NCBI GenBank assembly: GCA_038867895.1
Contig: JAWBXL010000008.1
Location: forward strand, 43 to 64,042
Length of the DNA stretch: 64,000 nucleotides
From: Candidatus Bathyarchaeia archaeon
GTDB lineage: Archaea; Thermoproteota; Bathyarchaeia; Bathyarchaeales; DTEX01
Direction: 5' to 3'
Part shown: positions 34,673 through 43,422 of the stretch, piece after piece
Numbering within the stretch: the first letter of the stretch is position 1
How the letters are laid out: every line of letters begins with the position of its first letter
Translations under genes and position numbers: made by a program
The notes under the pieces: model-generated
Databases searched by the model: none
Told to the model about the DNA's origin: nothing
The model's input: only the letters and a program-made list of their open reading frames with translations

Positions 34673-36421
34673 ATGAAAGCCGTGGATAAGTTTGAGAAGA
34701 TAAGTGAGATGGCGCGTAGAAGAGGCTTCTTCTGGCCATCATATGAAATATATGGTGGGGTAAGCGGCTTCATATGCTGGGGTCCGCTTGGAGCACTTAT
34801 GAAGCGCAGGATAGAAGATAAATTCAGAGATATATTTTTGAGACGCCTAAACTTTTATGAGGTTGAGACTCCGATAATTGCTCCGGAGCGCGTCTTTAAG
34901 GCTTCTGGGCACATAGATAACTTTAAGGAGCCGATGGTTGAGTGTGCTGCGTGTAAGAGGAAGTACAGGGCTGATCACCTACTTCAGGAAGCTGCCGGAT
35001 TAAGTTCGCAGGAAACCGATAGAATGGGGCTAGAGGGCATCGGGAGGAGCATTAAGGAGCATGACGTCAAGTGTCCTGAGTGTGGCGGGCCCCTTTCAGA
35101 GCCAAGATACTTCTTAACAATGTTTCAGACGACTATTGGCCCATACTCTGAGAACATTGGATATGGGCGCCCAGAGGCTGCGCAGGGAATATTCACCGAG
35201 TTTAAGCGTCTCTATGAACAGATTAGGGAGCGCCTGCCAATAGGTTTCGCCCAGATAGGGCACGCATTAAGAAATGAGATATCTCCTAGGCAGGGCCCTA
35301 TAAGGCTTAGGGAGTTCACGATAATAGACCTAGAGTTCTTCTTTGATCCAGAGAATCCAAAATGTCATCTTTTGGACGAGGTTGCCGATGAGAAGCTGAG
35401 ACTTATCTTGGCGGAGAATAGGCTTAGAGGAGATGAGAGCCCAGTAGAGCTTACTGTTAGGGAGATTGTTGATAAGGGTTATGTTATGGTTGAGTGGCTT
35501 GCCTTCTTTATGGCCTTGGCTAAGCGCTTGGCTGTGAGCCTAGGTATCCCGGAAGATACACAGCACTTTATAGAGAAGCATCCGTGGGAGAGAGCTCATT
35601 ACTCAGCCCAGGGATTTGACCAGGAAGTTTATCTTGGGCGTTGGGGCTGGGTCGAGGTGGCGGGCTTTAACTATAGGACAGACTATGATTTGAGCGGGCA
35701 CATGAGGGAGAGCGGCATAGACATGAGGGTTTTTAAGCAGAGCGACAAGGAAATTATACATGAGGAGACCAGGATAAGACCAGTGATACAGAACATTAAA
35801 GAGGACTTTGCTGAGAGGGCCCCAGAAGTCATAAGAATATTACAGAACATTAATCCTACAGTTATTCTTGAAGCGTTTAATAAGCAGGGCTTCTATGACT
35901 TAAATGGCTTAAAGATTGAGCCAAAACATGTTGAGATTGCGAGGATGGAGGTTAGGGAGAGGGGTAAGCGTTTTATACCACATGTTATTGAGCCTAGTTT
36001 TGGCTCAGACCGCTTAGCATACGCCGCATTAGAATACGCTTATACAGTCAAAGATGACAGGGTTATTCTAAGGTTACCTAGGGATATTGCACCAATACAA
36101 TTGGCCGTATTACCTTTGGTTAGCAGGGATGGGCTTCCGGAAAAGGCTAAAGAAGTTTATAATCTTCTCCTTGACGAGGGGTTCTATGTTGAATATGATG
36201 AATCAGGCTATATTGGAAGAAGATATGCGCGTTTCGACGAGATTGGCGTCCCACTTTGTATAACGGTGGATTATCAAACACTAAAAGATGATACCGTGAC
36301 AATTCGGGATAGAGACTCGTGGAGGCAGGTTAGAACCCAAATGAGGGAGCTACCAAGCCTACTACATAAGTACTTCCGTTACAAGATTAACTTTGAGGAT
36401 TTGGGCACACCATACAGGTAG
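34673..36421 (+). CDS. glyS: glycine--tRNA ligase (archaeal/eukaryotic alpha2 type)
   Basis: N-terminus KRRGFFWPSYEIYGGVSGF, class II motifs and a C-terminal anticodon-binding domain. The ATG at 34673 is preferred over the upstream TTG of the ORF track. Confidence 0.93.
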   Translation: MKAVDKFEKISEMARRRGFFWPSYEIYGGVSGFICWGPLGALMKRRIEDKFRDIFLRRLNFYEVETPIIAPERVFKASGHIDNFKEPMVECAACKRKYRADHLLQEAAGLSSQETDRMGLEGIGRSIKEHDVKCPECGGPLSEPRYFLTMFQTTIGPYSENIGYGRPEAAQGIFTEFKRLYEQIRERLPIGFAQIGHALRNEISPRQGPIRLREFTIIDLEFFFDPENPKCHLLDEVADEKLRLILAENRLRGDESPVELTVREIVDKGYVMVEWLAFFMALAKRLAVSLGIPEDTQHFIEKHPWERAHYSAQGFDQEVYLGRWGWVEVAGFNYRTDYDLSGHMRESGIDMRVFKQSDKEIIHEETRIRPVIQNIKEDFAERAPEVIRILQNINPTVILEAFNKQGFYDLNGLKIEPKHVEIARMEVRERGKRFIPHVIEPSFGSDRLAYAALEYAYTVKDDRVILRLPRDIAPIQLAVLPLVSRDGLPEKAKEVYNLLLDEGFYVEYDESGYIGRRYARFDEIGVPLCITVDYQTLKDDTVTIRDRDSWRQVRTQMRELPSLLHKYFRYKINFEDLGTPYR

Positions 36422-36476
36422 ATTTTTAAACGCTGCTTTCCTATTTTTCTATAGAAAGAACATTAAGAAGTCTTGG

Positions 36477-37154
36477 ATGGAAGAGGGGTCGCTGGTGGTC
36501 TTTCCAATAGAGACTGAGCCGCGAATTAAGAGGAGATCTTTAAATCTCTGCCAAGAGCATTTAAGGAAGGTTGTCGAAGTTGCCAGAAAAACCGTGCAGA
36601 TGGTTGATGCTTTTGTAGCGGGCGATACCAACTCTATAGTGCAACTATATGATGAAGTACAAAAGCTAAGCGAGGAGGTTGCGACTTCAAAGAGAGATGT
36701 TGCGCAGGAGCTTACTGAGGTTGGCGCAATACTAATTAACCGTGAAGACTTCTTAAGGTTCATTTTTATAACTAGCGATATTTCTGAACTCTGTAAGGGG
36801 GTTTCGTTTAGGATTATGGCGATTGTTGAGCGAAAGTGGGATATTCCAGAGGATATAAAAAGAGGTATCGCCGAGCTTTCCGGCGCGATGCTTAATGCCA
36901 TGATGAGGCTTAGAGATATGACTTTTGCCCTCAATTATGGATCGCCGCAGGTATCCGAGAAGGCTAGGGAAGTTGAGCGGGTGGAGAAGGAAGTAGATAA
37001 CCTCTATAGGAAACTCGAAATAACTATTCTGGAGCGAAATATGGAGATGCCTAAAACTCTCCTTACAAGAGATATAATACAGCTTCTTGAGGATACCACC
37101 GATAAAATTGAGGATGCTTCAAATAATGCTAGAATACTTGTGCTGGCTCTATAG
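36477..37154 (+). CDS. DUF47 / PhoU-like helical protein (TIGR00153-type)
   Basis: All-helical repeat architecture with a C-terminal EKEVDNLYRKL...LLEDTTDKIEDASN typical of DUF47. ATG 36477 was chosen to avoid overlap with glyS. Confidence 0.7.
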   Translation: MEEGSLVVFPIETEPRIKRRSLNLCQEHLRKVVEVARKTVQMVDAFVAGDTNSIVQLYDEVQKLSEEVATSKRDVAQELTEVGAILINREDFLRFIFITSDISELCKGVSFRIMAIVERKWDIPEDIKRGIAELSGAMLNAMMRLRDMTFALNYGSPQVSEKAREVERVEKEVDNLYRKLEITILERNMEMPKTLLTRDIIQLLEDTTDKIEDASNNARILVLAL

Positions 37155-37172
37155 GGGGTATATATCAACAAA

Positions 37173-37739
37173 ATGGGATGCAAAAGGAGGAAGATTGAAA
37201 CAGAGTTTATAGAGAATTTCTTGGTGGTGTGGGATCCGAAAGATGGGTCAGAACTCTATAAAATGGGCTTCTATGGAAAACCGCTTGGGATACCGAAGCC
37301 GAAGAGCCCAGACTTTAATGTTCCATTAATTCTCGATCTAATGGAGGGTCTCTATCTACTTGAGAAAGGTATAATTACAGTCTATGAGGGAGAAAATAAG
37401 AATAGAGTTAGTATAAAAGAGTTAAAACGCAGGACCAAGCGGGTTTATGAAGATTTTGACCTAAAATATGCTGTATATAAAGATTTGAGGGATAAGGGAC
37501 TTATTGTGACGCCGGGTGTAAAATTTGGATGTGACTTTGCAGTATATAAGATTGGCCCAGGGCTTGAGCACGCGCCGTACATTATCTCGGTTAAAAGTAA
37601 GAAAAATGAGATAACTCCAACAGAGATTGTTAAGGCTGGTAGGCTTGCAACGAGTGTTAGAAAGCGCTTTATAATAGCTGTCCCAGATCTAGAGAAAGAT
37701 AAGGTTGAATATCTGATTTTTAAATGGTTTAAGGCATAG
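37173..37739 (+). CDS. endA: tRNA-splicing endonuclease
   Basis: YKDLRDKGLIV..G.KFG.DF.VY...HAPYIISV motif set of the archaeal EndA catalytic domain. Confidence 0.9.
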   Translation: MGCKRRKIETEFIENFLVVWDPKDGSELYKMGFYGKPLGIPKPKSPDFNVPLILDLMEGLYLLEKGIITVYEGENKNRVSIKELKRRTKRVYEDFDLKYAVYKDLRDKGLIVTPGVKFGCDFAVYKIGPGLEHAPYIISVKSKKNEITPTEIVKAGRLATSVRKRFIIAVPDLEKDKVEYLIFKWFKA

Positions 37740-37872
37740 TTTGCTAGCGCTACACTATACTAGGGGATCAGAAACCGGGATTTCTCATCATTTTATGATG
37801 GAGATTTATGTCAGTCCCGGGTAATAGCATCATTTCTCATAAACATTTTTATGATTTTCCAGGATCAAATAT

Positions 37873-38232
37873 TTATGCTTTTTCCGTCTCCTCTAGGATT
37901 TTAGTGTTTATCTGCATAGTGTCTTCGGTTATCATGTTTCCTCTAATGGTTTTTCTCCTTCTTTCACCTTTATCTTCTGGTTTAAAACCTGGTCCACCGC
38001 TTAAGAGGATCTTAGTCTTTACGCCCCCATGGACATCTGGTCTCATTGGGAAGCCATCCTTGTCGCTTCCGCCAGTTATTAGAAGTTTTACTCTAGGCAT
38101 ACCGATTACTGCCCCATCAATTGTATCTCCTATCTTCTTACCTATAAATGGAGTAGCCTTTGGCCCCTCAACCTCAACTGACTTAGCCTTTCCGCTCTTT
38201 GGGTCAGAAATAATTATCTTAAACTTCGCCAT
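37873..38232 (-). CDS. rps6e: 30S ribosomal protein S6e
   Basis: MAKFKIIISDPKSGKA...GGSDKDGFPMRPDVHG matches the conserved S6e core. Confidence 0.95.
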   Translation of the reverse strand: MAKFKIIISDPKSGKAKSVEVEGPKATPFIGKKIGDTIDGAVIGMPRVKLLITGGSDKDGFPMRPDVHGGVKTKILLSGGPGFKPEDKGERRRKTIRGNMITEDTMQINTKILEETEKA

Positions 38233-38300
38233 ACCATACGCTCCCTCTTTAATAGATTTTCAAATTTTACTTTTAAGCATATAAACTATTCGTCTCATGT

Positions 38301-39452
38301 CTAGAAAACACCTTTTCGCGTGATGACTGTTATAGCTGGCCCTGAAATTATAGTGACTTGGTGAATTGACTTTATTATTGGAAGCGGGAGCCGTGGGCAA
38401 ATGGCTTCTCTCTCAAGCTCCATAATATCCTCCTCGTAAACATAGAATTCGCTTGCCTCAAAAAACTTTTTCATAGATATTGTTTTGTGGACATAATCGG
38501 TTACGGTGACATTTAAGTATTGAAATACATAGTGTTCCATTACCGCTGAGCGCATTATCGCATTTATGGGGTTTAGTTTTAAATCCACGCTGACATATGT
38601 TAGATCTACCGGAAGCCAACCCCAAGGCGGCACATAAACCATTGCCCAGCCATGCCAGCCAACCTCAACCTCCCTTATTAATAGATGTCCAGACCAGTAA
38701 TTGAGGCTGCGATTAAGAGTTGGTATATGTACACAACCCATCTGAAGATATGCTGGTATGCCAACTGCGCGGCAGAAAGTTATCAGCAGGTTAGCCTGGT
38801 CGTCGCAGTCACCTAGGCGCTGGCTGAGGGTTTCATTTGGATATCTTGGTCTCTCCGACGTAGCATAATATATATTGTTGGCTATCCACATGATAAACTT
38901 CTTTAAAATGGCTAGGACTTTTTTCTCACCACCAGCTATTTCTTGAGCTATTTCTTTAAGTGGGGTCATATTGGACTGCCATAGAGATGTCGGTTTACAA
39001 TATTTTTCTTTTAGTTCTCTGGGTATATCATTTAGTTCTCCAGACTCCTCCTCCGATATTATGGGTAATTTTCTCTCCTTGTAGATGAGCCTATAAGTAA
39101 CGTTATAGATGACTCTTCCCCCAGGAGGAACCTTCATCTCACCAATGTTAAGCGAGACGACATGGTTTCCGTCAGGATCATTATAGAATCCCCTTATAGG
39201 ATGAGACGCGCTCACCAGATAGACTTCCTGCCAACTATTATTCATAAATAAGCCTGGTGTGACATCATCCTCACTTAAAAACAACGTTTCATTCCAGCTC
39301 CTATTCTCGTAGATCACTTTGACGGTAAGCTTAAATGCCTTCTCTGATTTAATGGAACGCATAAAATGGCATGCGACAGAAAATGTTAAAAATGAGAGAA
39401 AAATCATTAAAAGGAGCATTAAATTTATCCTATTTCTCCATGGGATCTTCAT
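38301..39452 (-). CDS. membrane-anchored transglutaminase-like (Cys-His-Asp) domain protein
   Basis: N-terminal TM segment. Transglutaminase core motif GDCDDQANLLITFCRAVGIPA followed by the GWHGWAMV His region. Confidence 0.8.
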   Translation of the reverse strand: MKIPWRNRINLMLLLMIFLSFLTFSVACHFMRSIKSEKAFKLTVKVIYENRSWNETLFLSEDDVTPGLFMNNSWQEVYLVSASHPIRGFYNDPDGNHVVSLNIGEMKVPPGGRVIYNVTYRLIYKERKLPIISEEESGELNDIPRELKEKYCKPTSLWQSNMTPLKEIAQEIAGGEKKVLAILKKFIMWIANNIYYATSERPRYPNETLSQRLGDCDDQANLLITFCRAVGIPAYLQMGCVHIPTLNRSLNYWSGHLLIREVEVGWHGWAMVYVPPWGWLPVDLTYVSVDLKLNPINAIMRSAVMEHYVFQYLNVTVTDYVHKTISMKKFFEASEFYVYEEDIMELEREAICPRLPLPIIKSIHQVTIISGPAITVITRKGVF

Positions 39453-39528
39453 CTTTCGCGGTCCACCATATTTATGCTACATTAATTTTTAAATAATGTT
39501 TGGTAGCATTTTAGATCGGGTGGTATTT

Positions 39529-40068
39529 ATGCAGGTTAGGGTTGGCGAGACCCTAATAGAGCTTGTTAAGGGTGATATAACCGAGCTTGGTGTTGACTGT
39601 ATAGTTAATGCTGCAAACAGCATGCTTAAGATGGGTGGGGGTGTTGCTGGGGCGATAAGAAGGAAGGGTGGAGAGAAGATACAGGAGGAGTGTGATAGAA
39701 TAGTTGCTGAGAGGGGCCCCATACCGGCCGGCGGGGCAGCTATAACGAGCGGCGGAAACCTTAAGGCTAAATATGTTATACACGCGGTAGGCCCAGTTTA
39801 TGGAGAGGGCGATGAGGAGAGGAAGCTTAGGAACGCGGTGATAAACAGCCTAAAGCTTGCGGAGCAGCATGGAATAACGAGCATAGCCTTCCCGGCGATA
39901 TCGACAGGAGTCTTCGGAATGCCAAAGAAATTGTGTGCCGAAACAATGCTTCCAGCAGTAATATCATATGCCAAAAGCGGAACCAGTATAAAAAGGATAG
40001 CTTTCTGCCTCTACGATAATGAAACATTTAATGTATTCAAGGAGGCTCTCAAAAATATTAAAATTTAA
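39529..40068 (+). CDS. macro domain protein (ADP-ribose / O-acetyl-ADP-ribose binding hydrolase)
   Basis: GDITELGVDCIVNAANSMLKMGGGVAGAI and SIAFPAISTGVFG motifs. The internal ATG is preceded by GGGTGG. Confidence 0.85.
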   Translation: MQVRVGETLIELVKGDITELGVDCIVNAANSMLKMGGGVAGAIRRKGGEKIQEECDRIVAERGPIPAGGAAITSGGNLKAKYVIHAVGPVYGEGDEERKLRNAVINSLKLAEQHGITSIAFPAISTGVFGMPKKLCAETMLPAVISYAKSGTSIKRIAFCLYDNETFNVFKEALKNIKI

Positions 40069-40131
40069 GTAGCATCCCGCTTTTCCCTAAAAATAAAAAA
40101 AGATAAGGCTGGTTTAATGTTCTTTTGCAGC

Positions 40132-40506
40132 CTATTCTATTCCCCATTTTCTAGTCATCTTGACTATCAAGAATATTACAAATGCGATTATTATGAATGT
40201 TATAAGCGCGCCTATAAATTTACCCACGCGGAAAGGCCCGATGGTAATCAGCTCCCAAGGGAGCCCAGGAGTCGCAAGCTGTATTATTGGCATTAATAAG
40301 TCATTTACGAGCGATTGAACTAGAGCGCCTAAATATATGCCCATAACGAAGGCGACGGCCATTCCCATAACCTTATACTTCGATATGAAATCCCTAAATT
40401 CCGCAATCAGCCCTTTAGGTGGAGGAGGCGCTGGTTTAGGAGCTAAGAGATCCCTAATCTCCTTAAGGACGCTTAAAATCTCCTCATCTCTGCTTACCCT
40501 AGGCAT
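40132..40506 (-). CDS. mscL: large-conductance mechanosensitive channel
   Basis: FRDFISKYKVMGMAVAFVMG...LVNDLLMPII matches the MscL TM1 region. Two TM helices, with a short Pro-rich N-terminal extension. Confidence 0.8.
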   Translation of the reverse strand: MPRVSRDEEILSVLKEIRDLLAPKPAPPPPKGLIAEFRDFISKYKVMGMAVAFVMGIYLGALVQSLVNDLLMPIIQLATPGLPWELITIGPFRVGKFIGALITFIIIAFVIFLIVKMTRKWGIE

Positions 40507-40606
40507 ATAATCTCCATCCTTATGTTCTCTTACACTATTAAATTGTTCCTTAGAATTAAATAAGCCTTTAAGATAGAAATATTATAAGAGGTTGGAGGTG
40601 TTTAGG

Positions 40607-40813
40607 TTGTCCAGAAAACCTTGCCCAAATGTGGAGATAAACTTGAAGGATTGTCCATGCACATATCCATGCGATATTAAGGGGATATGCTGCCAATGCC
40701 TACTTAATCATAGGTTGCATGGAGAGCTGCCAGCATGCTACTTTCCGCCGGAGGTTGAGCGGACATACGATAGATCAATAAGGAGATTTATACAGGTCCA
40801 TAAGAGCAGGTAA
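40607..40813 (+). CDS. small Cys-rich protein (DUF6485-like pattern)
   Basis: Pattern CPN...CPCTYPCDIKGICCQCLLNHRLHGELPACYF. GGAGGTG lies 6 nt upstream of TTG 40607. The family assignment is from memory only. Confidence 0.5.
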   Translation: MSRKPCPNVEINLKDCPCTYPCDIKGICCQCLLNHRLHGELPACYFPPEVERTYDRSIRRFIQVHKSR

Positions 40814-40841
40814 AGCATAAGACCCCCAGGATGGAGATATT

Positions 40842-41507
40842 ATGGGGAGAAAACGCGGAGCATTACATCGCCTAATTACCATAGTTGTTGTCTTGTTCAT
40901 CGGAATGGCCCTTGGCGTCTCTCTGGGCGAGTCCATGGTCTCAGAGAGGGTTAAGAATCTTCAAGTGGAGAATGAGAGTCTCCGAAGGTGGCTTGAGGGA
41001 AACATAACAGCGTATAATGAAAAAATAAACCTTTATGAGAGGGAGATAAGATCCCTTAAAGATCAGATTGAAATAGAGGTTCTTGGAATATATTTTTCTC
41101 CGAAGGGCGGCTGCGCCCAAGCAATAATCGACTTAATAAGATCCGCAAACAAGTCTATCCATGTACTGATATATAGTTTTACGCTGGACTCTATTGGATA
41201 TGCTCTTGTCGAGGCCTATAAGCGTGGGATCGACGTTAAGGTTGTATTCGAGAAGGGGCAGGTTACAGAGTATAGTGAATACTTGAGACTTAGGGCTGCG
41301 GGTGTGCCAGTACGTAATGACACGAATCCTAACTTGATGCATAATAAGATTATGATAGTGGACTCGGAGATAGTTGTTACTGGAAGCTATAATTGGTCGA
41401 GAAGTGCAGAGGAGGAGAATAACGAGAACATGATTATTGTAAGAAGCAGGAGAATCGCCAACGAGTATGAGAGAATATTTGAGGAGATTTGGGCGAGAGG
41501 CGTCTAA
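40842..41507 (+). CDS. membrane-anchored phospholipase D-like (single HKD) nuclease/phosphodiesterase, Nuc-type
   Basis: N-terminal TM, a short coiled coil, and one HKD motif HNKIMIVDSEIVVTGSYNWS in a Nuc-sized domain. Confidence 0.8.
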   Translation: MGRKRGALHRLITIVVVLFIGMALGVSLGESMVSERVKNLQVENESLRRWLEGNITAYNEKINLYEREIRSLKDQIEIEVLGIYFSPKGGCAQAIIDLIRSANKSIHVLIYSFTLDSIGYALVEAYKRGIDVKVVFEKGQVTEYSEYLRLRAAGVPVRNDTNPNLMHNKIMIVDSEIVVTGSYNWSRSAEEENNENMIIVRSRRIANEYERIFEEIWARGV

Positions 41508-41524
41508 ATTCTTAGTTTTTTATG

Positions 41525-43309
41525 CTAGGAGGCCCATAGTGGATAGTTCTTTCCCATTATCTTTATGATTTCTTCCAGCGTCTCCATCTCATCTTCGCTC
41601 AGCTTATCCTTGAATTTAGTCTTTAATGCCCTTGCATGGTTCTCTGGAACATAGACGTAGAGTATGTCGCCCTCATTGAAATGTCTCCCAACTATTGGTT
41701 TATCAATTGATATTGCTACTTGCTTCCCCCTTTCAGCATATGGTATCGGCGTACCCTTATCTTGGATCTGTAGTATCTCACCTATCTCTTTCCCCTCAGC
41801 CGTCATAAGCTGTACTTTTGGCCTAATTTGGCCGGATAAGACCTCAACGCCAACTATAGCTGGTTTAGATCTTCTGAAGATGAAGCCGGGTAAAACCTTT
41901 ATTTTCGCCGGTCTAATCAGCCTCTCTAGTTCGCTTCTTTCACGCGCCTCCTTCTCGCTTTTCATCCACCTTAAATAGTCGTCAATTAAATGGTAAATAA
42001 CATTATGCCAGAAAATAGGCACATTATGCGCCTTAGCCTCCTCCTCAGCGTCTGGGAGAACTTTAACATTGAATGCTAAGATTACACCGTAGAGCGGCTC
42101 CTTCTCCTTAACTATAAGGGCCTCAGTAACATCCCTCTTTGATACGTCGCCCACGTCCGCCAACCTTATTGGGATATTATTTCTGGCTAAGCTCTCGGCT
42201 ATCGCTTCTAGAGAACCAAGGGCATCGGCCTTCAAGATTACACCATCACCCTCAGTAAAGATTTTAACGCGCTCAACCTCCTCAGAAACCTCCTTAATAT
42301 ACTCGTCAATCTTATTCTTGGATGGAACAGCATAGATTGGCGCGCCTGCAAGGGCCCCCTCAAGATCTGGGGCGACAATTTTGACTCCCGCAGCAGCCGA
42401 GACCTCTTCAACAGAGGAGAACTTCTCCCGGGGATCTCTTATCTCATCAAGGGGTTTAGGCATGAGGATTGCCCGAACATTTGTGAGGATAGGCTTCTCT
42501 TTTCCTCCGAGAACTATTATATCGCCTTTACGTAGGACACCATCATAAATTATCGCGTTTATTGTTACACCTAATCCTGGCTCCTCCTTAACCTCAAGTA
42601 CGGTGCCTTTTGCGGGGCCACTAGTAACCATAAGTCTCTTCTTGAGATATTGCTGTGTTAAGCCAGCTAAAACAGCTAGCAGATCAGGTATCCCCTCGCC
42701 AGTTTTGGCGCTCACTGGAATAAGTGCAACTGTTCTTGTGAAATCCCTTATTCTATCAAACCTATCAGCTCTAAACGATAGCTCAGAGAACTTTCCAATG
42801 ATCCTGTAAAGATGTTCATCGAGGAGCTGCTTAACGGCGGGCTCCTGCACCTCATAGGATTCAAGGAATGATGCGTTTGGAACCGGCTTCCAGCCGGGTA
42901 TTCTATCGATTTTATTTACGGCTACGAGGAATGGCGTCTTCCTAGACTTCAATATCTCCATAACCTCATATGTCTGCGCTTCAAACCCCTTCAAAATGTC
43001 TATGACCAGTATGGCGATATCCGCTATGCTGCCACCCCTACGCCTAAGATTCGCAAAAGACTCATGACCAGGAGTGTCAATGACCAAAAGGCCCGGTATC
43101 CGTATTTCACCCCCAATTTTTTTCAAGAATGGGCCAGCAATCTCCTTTAGGGTATCCATTGGAAAGAAGCTTGCGCCAATATGCTGCGTCATCCCACCGA
43201 CTTCACGGGCCTGAACACTTGTTTTTCTAATCTGATCTAGGAGCGTGGTTTTACCGACGTCAACATGCCCAAGAACGCAGACGATTGGCTGCCTAATGTA
43301 TTCAGACAA
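41525..43309 (-). CDS. infB: translation initiation factor aIF5B (IF-2)
   Basis: GTPase G1 GHVDVGKTTLLD, G3 DTPGHE, NKID and four-domain length of 594 aa. No intein. Confidence 0.95.
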   Translation of the reverse strand: MSEYIRQPIVCVLGHVDVGKTTLLDQIRKTSVQAREVGGMTQHIGASFFPMDTLKEIAGPFLKKIGGEIRIPGLLVIDTPGHESFANLRRRGGSIADIAILVIDILKGFEAQTYEVMEILKSRKTPFLVAVNKIDRIPGWKPVPNASFLESYEVQEPAVKQLLDEHLYRIIGKFSELSFRADRFDRIRDFTRTVALIPVSAKTGEGIPDLLAVLAGLTQQYLKKRLMVTSGPAKGTVLEVKEEPGLGVTINAIIYDGVLRKGDIIVLGGKEKPILTNVRAILMPKPLDEIRDPREKFSSVEEVSAAAGVKIVAPDLEGALAGAPIYAVPSKNKIDEYIKEVSEEVERVKIFTEGDGVILKADALGSLEAIAESLARNNIPIRLADVGDVSKRDVTEALIVKEKEPLYGVILAFNVKVLPDAEEEAKAHNVPIFWHNVIYHLIDDYLRWMKSEKEARERSELERLIRPAKIKVLPGFIFRRSKPAIVGVEVLSGQIRPKVQLMTAEGKEIGEILQIQDKGTPIPYAERGKQVAISIDKPIVGRHFNEGDILYVYVPENHARALKTKFKDKLSEDEMETLEEIIKIMGKNYPLWAS

Positions 43310-43422
43310 TCTTAATCACGCTCACAAATAATAATCAAATCATCTCTCCGTTTAATCTTTCCATTCTTAGCAAATTAAGATCTTAAAAAGAATATATAAA
43401 TGAATCTCTTTTTCGATGAAAG

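Noticed and set aside
36449-36934. 161-aa minus-strand ORF opposite the DUF47 gene, and the long ORF-track start 36393 for DUF47
   Set aside because: The plus frame has the DUF47 helical signature. The 36393 start would overlap the glyS 3' end and add a hydrophobic junk N-terminus, so ATG 36477 is preferred.
37808-38284. 158-aa plus-strand ORF overlapping rps6e
   Set aside because: The opposite strand encodes a textbook S6e, and the plus frame is hydrophobic low-complexity sequence.
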